Source of the DNA: Minisyncoccia bacterium
GTDB taxonomy: Bacteria > Patescibacteriota > Minisyncoccia > UBA6257
DNA length: 57,625 bases
Assembly: GCA_049967535.1 (NCBI GenBank)
Contig: JBMFSN010000001.1
Location: 1-57,625 of the forward strand
Direction of reading: 5' to 3'
Shown: positions 34,904-44,823 of the stretch, one piece after another
Position numbering within the stretch: the first letter of the stretch is position 1
How the letters are laid out: each line of letters starts with the position of its first letter
Program-made: the position numbers and the translations under genes
The notes under the pieces: generated by a model
What the model was told of the DNA's origin: nothing
What the model saw: the letters and a program-made list of their open reading frames with translations, nothing else
Databases searched by the model: none

Positions 34904-35591
34904 ATTGATTAATTGTTTTCCAGGGAATACGCCAATTTTTAGAAGAACAAACAATTTGCCCTTCTATAAGAATATGGGTCATCGAAGGATTAAAATATTT
35001 TAAGATGTCTTCACGATGAGTAATAACCAAAAAAGATTTCTGTTTGAAAAAATGATTATTTTTAATAAAACTAATTATCTGTTTTAATCTTTCTATATCC
35101 AAACCAGAATCAATTTCATCCAAAATAATTAATTGAGGATTCAAATAAATTAACTGATAGAGTTCTGATATTTTTTTCTCTCCCCCTGAAAAACCTACAT
35201 TGATTTCTCTATCTAAAAGATTCGCAATGGTTTTGTCTTGAAAAAGTTCTTGGGGTTGTTTCGGAGAAGAAGAAATTTGGTCTATTAAATTTTTTAAAAC
35301 TACTCCTTTAATAGCAGGAGGATTTTGAAAGACTAAACCAATGCCCAAATGGGCTCTCTTTTCGGGAGCTAATCTCGTAATATTTTGACCTTGAAAATAA
35401 ATGGCACCCTGACTAATTTTATAAGGAGGAAGACCCATTAAGACCTGAGACAAAGTGGTTTTACCACTGCCATTAGGACCCAAAAGAGCATGAATTTCTC
35501 CTTTTCGAATATTAAAATTAATATGCTGGAGAATAGTTTTCTGACCTAACCTCACTGATAGGTTTTCAATTTTCAACAAATCGGTTGTCAT
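34860..35591 (-). CDS. sufC: Fe-S cluster assembly ATPase SufC
   Basis: GPNGSGKTTL Walker A, FSGGEKK signature, LIILDEIDSGLD Walker B, ITH. Confidence 0.9.
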   Translation of the reverse strand: MTTDLLKIENLSVRLGQKTILQHINFNIRKGEIHALLGPNGSGKTTLSQVLMGLPPYKISQGAIYFQGQNITRLAPEKRAHLGIGLVFQNPPAIKGVVLKNLIDQISSSPKQPQELFQDKTIANLLDREINVGFSGGEKKISELYQLIYLNPQLIILDEIDSGLDIERLKQIISFIKNNHFFKQKSFLVITHREDILKYFNPSMTHILIEGQIVCSSKNWRIPWKTINQYGYEKCKICYKKVC

Positions 35592-35595
35592 TTAA

Positions 35596-36531
35596 CTATT
35601 TATTCAAATTAGTTTGCTGTCTAAGCCATTTATCTGCTTCAATGGCCGCTATGGCTCCAAAGCCGGCAGCAGTCACTACCTGGCGATATTGGGAATCACA
35701 AACATCCCCTGCGGCAAAAACTCCTTCCACTGACGTTTTTACAATATCATGTACTTTAATATATCCTTTTTCATCGATTTCTAATTGGTTATTTAAAAAA
35801 TCAACTACTGGTTGAAACCCAATGGCTAAAAATAAACCGCTTATTTCTAAAATATTTTCTTCTTGAGTTTGATTATTTTTTACAACAATCCTATTTAATT
35901 GTTTATCACCTTCTAATTTAACTACTTCACTATTAAATAAAATTTTTATTTTAGGATTATTCTTTACTTCTTCTTGTAAAAATTCCGAGCCACGAAATTC
36001 TCCCCGACGATGAATAAGATATACTAATTCACTGTATTTAGTTAAATAAAGAGCATCCTCCAACGCCACATCTCCTCCTCCTACTACGGCTACTTTTTGG
36101 TTTTTAAAAAATGCCCCATCACAAACAGCACAAACTGAAACACCATGGCCAATTAATTCTTTTTCTCTTTCTAACCCTAAAAATCTATTAGTACCACCAG
36201 TAGCAATAATTAAAGATTGGGTCAAGTATTCCTCCCCATCCTGACTAATTAATTTGAAAGGTCTTTGGGATAAATCAATTTTTTGCACTTTTTTTTCTTC
36301 TAACTGACAGCGATATTTTTCTGCCTGTTGACGCATGAGATTTAATAAATCTAATCCAGAGATACTTTGAGGAAAACCAGGAAAATCATCGATATCAGTA
36401 GCTAAAGATAATTCGCCTTCTCCTAGCTGACCAGCAAAAATTAAAGGTTGAAGATTAGCTCTTCCTGCATAAACCCCAGCTGATAAGCCTGCTGGCCCCC
36501 CACCAATAATAACTAGATTTTGAATATTCAT
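35596..36531 (-). CDS. trxB: Thioredoxin-disulfide reductase
   Basis: IIGGGPAGLSAGVYAGR, redox-active CAVCDG, VVGGGDVALEDALYL, and AAGDV. Confidence 0.92.
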   Translation of the reverse strand: MNIQNLVIIGGGPAGLSAGVYAGRANLQPLIFAGQLGEGELSLATDIDDFPGFPQSISGLDLLNLMRQQAEKYRCQLEEKKVQKIDLSQRPFKLISQDGEEYLTQSLIIATGGTNRFLGLEREKELIGHGVSVCAVCDGAFFKNQKVAVVGGGDVALEDALYLTKYSELVYLIHRRGEFRGSEFLQEEVKNNPKIKILFNSEVVKLEGDKQLNRIVVKNNQTQEENILEISGLFLAIGFQPVVDFLNNQLEIDEKGYIKVHDIVKTSVEGVFAAGDVCDSQYRQVVTAAGFGAIAAIEADKWLRQQTNLNK

Positions 36532-36544
36532 TAAAATTAAGTAA

Positions 36545-36631
36545 ATTTTTGTAACAAAAATCGGTGACCCCCTCCTTTCTTTCGAAAGGAGGGGGCAGCC
36601 CCACCGTTGGTAATCTTGCGACTACCAATAT
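36545..36631 (-). promoter_or_regulatory. Candidate promoter plus two-hairpin leader with U-tract upstream of trxB (attenuator or small RNA)
   Basis: Minus strand: TGCTATAAT (36631..36623); hairpin TTGGTA-N10-TACCAA (36618..36597); CGGTG...[CCCCCTCCTTTC-GAAA-GAAAGGAGGGGG]...CACCG (36596..36552), followed by ATTTTTGTT. The trxB ATG lies about 20 nt further on. Confidence 0.4.
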
Positions 36632-36727
36632 TATTATAGCAAAATTTAGAGAAAAATCAACTTCCCTCTTGAGCCTCTAATATAAAAATGATATCATAAT
36701 ATTAATACCAATTAGTTTTATGAAACT

Positions 36728-38161
36728 ATGAAACAAAGTGAGTTAAAAAATCAAAAAGTTTTATTAATAGGTTTGGGTATTTTGAAAGGTGGTCTTTCCA
36801 CTGCCTTGTGGTTATTAAAGCAAAAAACTCAATTAACTATCACTGACTTAAAATCTCAAGCAGCGTTAGCCCCTTCCATTAAACCCCTAAAAAAACATTA
36901 TTCCCAAATAAAATTTGTTTTAGGACAAAATCGTCAAAGCGATATTTTAAAGAATGATTTAATTATTTTGAACCAAGCAGTGCCAGTTTTAAATAATCCT
37001 CTAATTCAATTTGCTAATAATCACCATAAAAAAGTTATTAAAGAGCTAGAATTATTTTTAGATAACATCGAAGCGCCTCTTATTGGAATTACAGGCACAA
37101 GAGGCAAAACTACTACTACTTTATGGACCCATCATTTATTAAAAGCTAAGTTCCCCCAAGCTCAAGTTGGAGGTAATAACCCTGACTATCCTCTTTTTGC
37201 GTTTATTAATAAAATAAAAGAGAGTCAACCAGTAGTTTTAGAAATCCCTTGTTTCCAATTGGAATTACCTCCTCATCAAGCACCTCATATTGCCTTAATT
37301 ACCAATCTCTATACTGACCACCTTAATCGCTATAAAACCTTAAAACAATATGCCAAAATTAAGGCCAATCTTTTTCGCTTTCAAACCAAAAATGACTATC
37401 TCATTTTAAATTACGATAATTCTTGGACCAAATATTTTCTTTCTTTAAAGCCAAAATCTCAGGTATACTTTACTTCTTTAAAAAAATTACCTCAAAACAA
37501 AAATGGGGTTTTTCTTTTAAAGGATTTTGTTATTTACCAAAATAATCAAAAACAAGAAAAAGTTTTTCAAGCAAAAACATTTATAGAATCCTGGGGGCTT
37601 CACAATTTAGATAATCTTTTAAGAGCTATTCTTGTTGCTAAAATCTTTAAATTATCCAATAAACAAATAATCAAACAAATCAAAACATTGCCCCAGGTTA
37701 AAATGAGAGAAGAAATAATATTTCAAAATAAATCCTTAACCATTGTTAATGATAGCGCTGGTACTTCCCCAGAAGCAGCTGAACAAGTTTTAACTAGGTT
37801 TCCTAGTAAAAATTTAATTCTGATTACCGGAGGCACTGATAAAAATTTAGATTTTGCTTCATTAGCTCAAAGAATTAATAGAACTTTGCCCCCAAAAAAT
37901 TTGATTCTTTTAAATGGCTCTGCTACCAAAAAATTAATCCAAAATCTTAACCGATTAAACTATAGTAGAATCTATAATGTTTTCGAAAATTTAGAAGAGT
38001 GTTTTGCCTATGGGTTATCTTTGGCCAAGAATAAATCTCAATCTTATCTTGTTTTTTCACCTGGCGCAGCTAGTTTTGAAAAATTTAAAAACGAGTTTGA
38101 CCGTGGTAATAAATTCAATCAAATTGTTAAAAAATATCTCAAACTAAAAACCGAGGTTTAA
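36728..38161 (+). CDS. murD: UDP-N-acetylmuramoylalanine--D-glutamate ligase
   Basis: N-terminal Rossmann-like domain, GITGTRGKTTTT, NLYTDHLNRY, and C-terminal LVFSPGAASFEKFKNEFDRG. Confidence 0.85.
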   Translation: MKQSELKNQKVLLIGLGILKGGLSTALWLLKQKTQLTITDLKSQAALAPSIKPLKKHYSQIKFVLGQNRQSDILKNDLIILNQAVPVLNNPLIQFANNHHKKVIKELELFLDNIEAPLIGITGTRGKTTTTLWTHHLLKAKFPQAQVGGNNPDYPLFAFINKIKESQPVVLEIPCFQLELPPHQAPHIALITNLYTDHLNRYKTLKQYAKIKANLFRFQTKNDYLILNYDNSWTKYFLSLKPKSQVYFTSLKKLPQNKNGVFLLKDFVIYQNNQKQEKVFQAKTFIESWGLHNLDNLLRAILVAKIFKLSNKQIIKQIKTLPQVKMREEIIFQNKSLTIVNDSAGTSPEAAEQVLTRFPSKNLILITGGTDKNLDFASLAQRINRTLPPKNLILLNGSATKKLIQNLNRLNYSRIYNVFENLEECFAYGLSLAKNKSQSYLVFSPGAASFEKFKNEFDRGNKFNQIVKKYLKLKTEV

Positions 38162-38172
38162 CCTCGGTTTTT
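38146..38172. terminator. Bidirectional rho-independent terminator between murD and the cupin gene
   Basis: AAAAACCGAGGtttaaCCTCGGTTTTT. Overlaps the murD stop codon. Confidence 0.7.
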
Positions 38173-38188
38173 AAAAACAAATATTTTT

Positions 38189-38587
38189 CTACTCCGTAGT
38201 AATACCATCAAACTCTTCTTCATTAGCTTCTGCCTCTGCTTTAGTAGAATGAATCGTTCCATCTTTATGATGAGCTGGAGAATAAATAGTGTAAAGCTTT
38301 AAATCTTCAGTTTCTGAAGTATTAATTATATTGTGCTCTGCTCCTGCTGGAACAATAGCAGCAAATCCATCTTTAACTTCATATTCATTTCCATCAATAA
38401 TGACTTTGCCCTCCCCTTGCTCAAAACGAAAAAATTGATCGCTTTCTGGATGCACTTCCATTCCTATCTCTTCCTGGGGTTTTAAAGTCATCAGTACTAA
38501 TTGGCTATGATGAGCCGTATACAGAACCTTGCGAAAATTATTATTTTCCAAAGTTCCTTCTTCAATATTGGTAATATATCCTTTCAT
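38189..38587 (-). CDS. Cupin-domain protein
   Basis: GMEVHPESDQFFRFEQGEGKVIIDG...VPAGAEHNIIN matches the two cupin motifs. Confidence 0.75.
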   Translation of the reverse strand: MKGYITNIEEGTLENNNFRKVLYTAHHSQLVLMTLKPQEEIGMEVHPESDQFFRFEQGEGKVIIDGNEYEVKDGFAAIVPAGAEHNIINTSETEDLKLYTIYSPAHHKDGTIHSTKAEAEANEEEFDGITTE

Positions 38588-38795
38588 ATGTTTATATTAA
38601 TTTAATTTTATTATCGACCCTTTTATTTCTTGTGTAGTATCTCAAATTTTGTTTTTTGCTTTATATTTTCTTTTTCTAGATCGGATTTAATTTTTTCCAA
38701 ATCCTTTAAAAAAATACTCAATTAGTTTCCTGATAATTAAAACAAGCTCACTGGAAAATATTGTTGCTATACCCTATGTTTTTAAAAAATCCATA

Positions 38796-38990
38796 TTATT
38801 TTGCAATAATCAAAATTTTAGAGATCGTTGTGTAGGTTTTCTTTTTGAAACTAAAGACAATTTCGTCTTTCGTTGATACTGAAGCACTATCAAAAAATTT
38901 ATCAATTTCGCCAATAATCCATAAACTATCAGATATGATATCCTGATATTATTTCCAATTTTTTAAATTTAAGTCGTTTATCTTGGGCAT
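38796..38990 (-). pseudogene. Decayed N-terminal fragment of a DNA methyltransferase-like gene
   Basis: Manual minus-strand translation: MPKINDLNLKNWK*YQDIISDSLWIIGEIDKF... The W-x-Y-x-D-I-x-(T/S)-DSLWI pattern resembles N-termini of N4/N6 methyltransferases. There is an in-frame TAA at 38949..38951, and no catalytic motifs follow. Confidence 0.35.
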
Positions 38991-38991
38991 A

Positions 38992-39045
38992 TTATTTTAT
39001 TAAATCATCAACAGTCACACCTAATGCTTTGGCAATTTTTGCCAT
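38992..39045 (-). pseudogene. C-terminal remnant of an XRE-type HTH (controller-like) gene
   Basis: The minus strand encodes MAKIAKALGVTVDDLIK*, matching the recognition-helix/C-terminus of XRE HTH proteins. Stops lie upstream. The remnant's stop is 1 nt from the ATG of the methyltransferase fragment. Confidence 0.35.
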
Positions 39046-39271
39046 ACAATTTAGTATTTATACCTTTTTATTTTATCAGAAATATATTATTTTGTCTAAA
39101 GAAAAATAGCACTTTAAAACACCGCTTTTTGCTGAAAGTAAAATTTTGCGGAGCCCCTCACTTGAAAAAGATTTGCTATCGTAAAATACTCATAAAATAA
39201 AAAATTTTTGAATAAGTAATTATTCCTTATTAAGAAAATTCTTAGATTTATGAAATAAATTTATCTTTTTC

Positions 39272-39447
39272 AAGTGAGGGACGGAGGAGGTGGGATTCCT
39301 CTTCGGTCAATTGCCTGACGACAATTGCCTCCGAGCCTGGCCTCGCGGTGCTCGCCTTTTGCTTCGCAAAAACTCGCACAGCGCTCCGGCCTTCGAATTC
39401 CCACCCGCAAACCAAGCAGTTGGTTTGCTCTCCTTCCTCGCTCACTT
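39272..39447 (-). ncRNA. GC-rich structured element of unknown class, immediately 3' of tRNA-Ser
   Basis: Sharp GC-rich island in an AT-rich window. An 18-nt closing helix pairs 39447..39430 with 39289..39272 (15/18). Perfect 9-bp hairpin at 39428..39407. Contains an exact copy of tRNA positions 71-87. Confidence 0.4.
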
Positions 39448-39456
39448 TGTTCGCTG

Positions 39457-39543
39457 CGGAGGAGGTGGGATTCGAACCCACGATACCCTTGCGGATATAC
39501 AGCTTTTCCAAAGCTGCGCACTCGGCCACTATGCGACTCCTCC
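39457..39543 (-). tRNA. tRNA-Ser (anticodon GGA), class II, no encoded CCA
   Basis: Folded by hand. 7-bp acceptor GGAGGAG/CTCCTCC, 3-bp D stem with GG loop, anticodon stem CAGCT/AGCTG with loop TTGGAAA. 6-bp variable arm with GCAA loop. T arm GTGGG-TTCGAAT-CCCAC. Discriminator G. Confidence 0.92.
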
Positions 39544-39573
39544 TCAACCTCCTCTTTTGAGGAGGATTGATTA

Positions 39574-39972
39574 TTAAATTTTTATCTTATAAGCATATTT
39601 ACCTACTAAAGGAATTTCTTTCTTTTGATTCTGTACTACATTAATAATTCCAATAATTGATAAAACTAATAAACCAAGATTAACTAGCTCAACAATAATG
39701 CCTAAAATTGATAGTAATCCCCAAGTAAAAAGAGAACCTATCAAAATAGCCACTAAAATTCTATAAATAACGTAAACAATACCTTCTAAGATAAAAAGGA
39801 TTAAACCTTGCTTGGCATGAAAATATACAAACTCATTATCTTTTTTGGTTAGCAAAGGAATGAAACACAAAAATGAAAGATAGCTTAAAATACCCATAAG
39901 TTTATTATCATCCATTTTTGCATTATCTGATGCTGGTTGGCTAACCGGCATTGGTTGTTTGTCTTCTTCCAT
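39574..39972 (-). CDS. Small membrane protein, DUF4870-like
   Basis: MGILSYLSFLCFIPLLTKKDNEFVYFHAKQGLILFI matches the DUF4870-type signature. Three hydrophobic spans. Confidence 0.6.
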   Translation of the reverse strand: MEEDKQPMPVSQPASDNAKMDDNKLMGILSYLSFLCFIPLLTKKDNEFVYFHAKQGLILFILEGIVYVIYRILVAILIGSLFTWGLLSILGIIVELVNLGLLVLSIIGIINVVQNQKKEIPLVGKYAYKIKI

Positions 39973-40068
39973 ATTTTTTATTTAGTATTAAATTTAAATT
40001 TCGACCTTTAATAATAATAGCAAGAAACAACCAATATTCCAAATTTTAAAGTTGTTAATTACTAATTG

Positions 40069-40974
40069 TTATTTGTCTCCGTCCATTTCTCTTAAAACCT
40101 TGATTCTTTCCTCTATTGGCGGGTGGGTTTGCCAAAGATTAGAAAACCAAGATATTTTCTTTGGCTTCAAAGGATCAGCAATAAATAGATGAGCAGTAGC
40201 TTGACTAGCAGTTCTTAAAGGATTAGGATCATTAGCGATTTTTTCCAAAGCTCGGGCTAATCCCTCGGGATAGCGAGTTAAGAGAGCCCCATTAGCATCG
40301 GCCAAAAATTCTCTTTTACGAGAGATAGCTAATTGTAGAAGAGTGGCGGCTAGAGGAGCAAAAAGAGCAGCTAATAATCCCAGAATTAAAAAAATAAATT
40401 CTAAATTGTCATTTTTTTCTCTTCTTCTTTCCCCACCAAAAGCCATTTCTCTAATCAACCAATTAGATAAAAGAGAAATCACTCCTACTAAAACAACGAT
40501 AACAGAATCTAATAAAATATCGCGGTTACCAATATGAGATAATTCATGGCTTACCACCCCTTCTAACTCAACTTTATCTAATTTATTCAAAAGCCCAGAA
40601 GTAACGCAAATCGCAGCGTGTTGAGGGTCACGCCCAGTAGCAAAAGCGTTGGGAGAAACATCATTAATAATATAAACTTTAGGCATGGGTAATCCAGCCG
40701 TAATAGATAAATTTTCCACAAGACGATATAACTCTGGATTATCCCCCTTTTGAAGGGGACCTTGAGCTTGGGATAAAGATAAAATTATTTTATCTGAGTT
40801 CCAATAACTTAAAAAACTTTGAGTAATAGCTAAGGCAACTGCTATAAATAAAATCCATTGTTCATTAAATAAATAACTAAAAATCCAACCTAAAAAAATA
40901 ACAAAAACCAAAAACAGGGTCATAAAAAGCCACGTTTTCCTAATATTGGATGCTGCTTGGGTATAAAGAGTCAT
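40069..40974 (-). CDS. htpX: Zinc metalloprotease HtpX (M48)
   Basis: HELSHIGNRD (HExxH), TM segments, EFLADANGA, and C-terminal THPPIEERI. Confidence 0.88.
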   Translation of the reverse strand: MTLYTQAASNIRKTWLFMTLFLVFVIFLGWIFSYLFNEQWILFIAVALAITQSFLSYWNSDKIILSLSQAQGPLQKGDNPELYRLVENLSITAGLPMPKVYIINDVSPNAFATGRDPQHAAICVTSGLLNKLDKVELEGVVSHELSHIGNRDILLDSVIVVLVGVISLLSNWLIREMAFGGERRREKNDNLEFIFLILGLLAALFAPLAATLLQLAISRKREFLADANGALLTRYPEGLARALEKIANDPNPLRTASQATAHLFIADPLKPKKISWFSNLWQTHPPIEERIKVLREMDGDK

Positions 40975-40975
40975 T

Positions 40976-41518
40976 TTAGAATTGCACTTTTACTGGCTCT
41001 TTTTCTTCTGGGGCTTCGGTTTCAAATAAATTCTCTGCTTTAAAACCAAACATTCCAGCGATAATATTAGAAGGAAAAGTTTGAATAGCAATATTATAAT
41101 CTCTTACATTGCCATTATAAAAACGTCGAGCAGCTTGAATTTTATCCTCTGTATCAATTAGTTCTTGTTGTAATTCAAGAAAATTAGTATTAGCTTTTAA
41201 TTCGGGATAATTTTCTGCTACTGCAAATAATGATTTAACAGTGTCACTTAATTCATTTTCCGCTTTTATTTTATCTAGGCCCTGGGCTTGCATAGCCTGG
41301 CTCCGAGTAGCAGTCACTTTCTCAAAAACTTCTTTTTCGTGACTGGCATAACCTTTGACAGCTTCTACGATATTGGGAATTAAATCATAGCGTCTCTTTA
41401 ACTGAACATCAATATCTGCCCAAGCCTCCTTCACTCTTACTCTTCTTTGAATTAAGGAATTAAAAACCCAAACAACAAAACCTACAATTAAACCGATAAT
41501 AACCAAGAGAGCAATCAT
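40976..41518 (-). CDS. lemA: LemA family protein
   Basis: N-terminal TM, QLKRRYDLIPNIVE, ENYPELKAN and RRFYNGNVRDYN. Confidence 0.88.
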   Translation of the reverse strand: MIALLVIIGLIVGFVVWVFNSLIQRRVRVKEAWADIDVQLKRRYDLIPNIVEAVKGYASHEKEVFEKVTATRSQAMQAQGLDKIKAENELSDTVKSLFAVAENYPELKANTNFLELQQELIDTEDKIQAARRFYNGNVRDYNIAIQTFPSNIIAGMFGFKAENLFETEAPEEKEPVKVQF

Positions 41519-41590
41519 ATTTATATTTTTATTTATATTTTTTAGTAATTTTACGACCTCCTTTTATATTATACTAAATTTCTCATGTTT

Positions 41591-43334
<1,744 letters not shown>

Positions 43335-43622
43335 TTACTCTAATATCGCTAAGACATCGTCTTCGCGAATTACTAAATATTCTTTCTCATCTATTTTAAT
43401 TTCATTGGGAGCGTATTTAGTAAAAAGGATTTTATCTCCCACTTTTACGGTTAAAGGAATGATCTTGCCTTCCTCTGTGACTTTGCCAGACCCTACGGCA
43501 ATCACTTTACCGGCCACTGGTTTTTCTTCAGTAGTATCAGGAATAAAAATTCCTGATTTAGTCACTTTTTCTTCGTTTAATGGTTCAACAAAAATATGAT
43601 CTGATAGTGGTTTAATATTCAT
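43335..43622 (-). CDS. groS: Co-chaperonin GroES
   Basis: MNIKPLSDHIFVEPLNEEKVTKSGIFIPDT...GKVIAVGSG. Confidence 0.95.
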   Translation of the reverse strand: MNIKPLSDHIFVEPLNEEKVTKSGIFIPDTTEEKPVAGKVIAVGSGKVTEEGKIIPLTVKVGDKILFTKYAPNEIKIDEKEYLVIREDDVLAILE

Positions 43623-43661
43623 ATTATTTAAAGTAATTAGTAATTTATAATTAATTTAATT

Positions 43662-43722
43662 TTAGCAATCGCCGACCACGTTTGCCAATTATCTATTTTA
43701 CTCAAACAAAAAAAATTGTCAA
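43662..43722 (-). promoter_or_regulatory. groESL promoter with degenerate CIRCE-like operator
   Basis: Minus strand: TTGACA (43722..43717), 16 nt, TAAAAT (43700..43695). Then TTGGCAAAC-N9-GATTGCTAA (43688..43662), a partial match to CIRCE TTAGCACTC-N9-GAGTGCTAA. Confidence 0.5.
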
Positions 43723-43758
43723 CACCCACATCAAATAAGTTTAAGCGAGGGAAAATAT

Positions 43759-44823
43759 TTACTCTCCATTAGTTTCCTCAAAGTCTTCTGATGGTTTATC
43801 TATTTCTAATGGTTCGGTTCCTATTTTTTTACCAGAAATATGATAAACATCTTTATCAATTTTGCTTAATTCTTTATAGGCAGAATTATACATTCCTACT
43901 GTCGTTCCTAAATGATTACCTAATTTTTGCATATAAGTTTCATAACTCATCAAATGGCGGCCTAATTCTTCTACTCTCTTTTTAATTTCTTTAGCGGATT
44001 CTTCAATTTCTAAAGCCTTTAATCCCTGAAGAACAGTTTGTAAATAAGCCAAAAAAGAAGTAGGAGAAACAATAATGACTTTCTTCTCTCCCATGGCATA
44101 TTCAATTAAGTCCCGAGTATTAGCTTTAATCGCTCCGATACGGTTAATTAATAAATCATAGTAAATAGCTTCGGAGGGAATAAACATAAAGGCGAATTCC
44201 ATCGTCCCCTCTTCTGGTTTAATGTATTTAGAAGTTTCATCAATCCTGGTTTTTAAATCATTTCTAAATAAATCTTCCAGCTTTTTCTTTTCTGTTTCGT
44301 CATGAGCTTCTAAAATACGATTATAATTTTCTAAACTAAATTTAGAATCAATAGGAATTATTTTATCTTTTATAAAAATAACTGCATCTACTGCTGTCCC
44401 ATCTTTAAAAGCATATTGAGTTTGATAGCTCCCCGGCGGTAAAACATTTTTTAAAACTGTTTCTAAGTAATATTCTCCAAGAACTCCCCTCTGTTTGGGA
44501 TTAGTTAAGGTATCTTCTAATTTACGCAATTGGTCGGTAAAATTAATTACTTGTTTATTAGTTTCATCTAGTTTAGTTAATTTTTCTGTCACTTCTTTAA
44601 TCATTTGGGCGCTCTGTCCAAATTGGTTCTGAAACATATGGGTTGACTCTCCTAATTTATTATCTAAAGTTCTCACAATCTCCTGAATTTGATTTTGGAG
44701 TAATAACAACGACTGTTCATCTTTCACCTCTCTCTGGTTCCCCCTTTCTTTTAAAAACAAAATGATTAAAAAAAATAAACCTATTAAAATTAATCCAATT
44801 AAAAAATATAAAATAGTGAGCAT
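43759..44823 (-). CDS. rmuC: DNA recombination protein RmuC
   Basis: N-terminal TM, coiled coil, then the RmuC core (RGVLGEYYLE, IPIDSKF, FAFMFIPSEAIY, VIIVSPTSFLAYL). Confidence 0.85.
   Translation of the reverse strand: MLTILYFLIGLILIGLFFLIILFLKERGNQREVKDEQSLLLLQNQIQEIVRTLDNKLGESTHMFQNQFGQSAQMIKEVTEKLTKLDETNKQVINFTDQLRKLEDTLTNPKQRGVLGEYYLETVLKNVLPPGSYQTQYAFKDGTAVDAVIFIKDKIIPIDSKFSLENYNRILEAHDETEKKKLEDLFRNDLKTRIDETSKYIKPEEGTMEFAFMFIPSEAIYYDLLINRIGAIKANTRDLIEYAMGEKKVIIVSPTSFLAYLQTVLQGLKALEIEESAKEIKKRVEELGRHLMSYETYMQKLGNHLGTTVGMYNSAYKELSKIDKDVYHISGKKIGTEPLEIDKPSEDFEETNGE

Noticed and set aside
39272-39447. GC-rich element as tmRNA, SRP (4.5S) RNA, RNase P RNA or a hammerhead ribozyme
   Set aside because: It is too short for tmRNA or RNase P RNA and lacks their conserved cores, with no resume codon or tag ORF. 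A GGAAGGA-GAGCA stretch superficially resembles SRP domain IV, but the required complementary 5' strand and GNRA-closed helix are absent. There is no CUGAUGA...GAAA hammerhead core. This was judged by eye only; an Infernal scan is still needed.
39248-39577. Five overlapping ORFs of 70-99 aa on both strands (39248..39547, 39270..39521, 39290..39577, 39325..39570, 39348..39560)
   Set aside because: They all lie over tRNA-Ser and the adjacent GC-rich structured element. The absence of stops is a by-product of GC richness. The ORFs are mutually exclusive, have no start context and give low-complexity Arg/Pro/Ser-rich translations.
41519-41590. TATAAT plus AAGGAGG in the groEL-lemA spacer as the start of a hidden small ORF
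   Set aside because: No ATG, GTG or TTG start lies at a suitable distance after the AAGGAGG, and the lemA ATG is about 45 nt away. There is not enough evidence for a separate gene.
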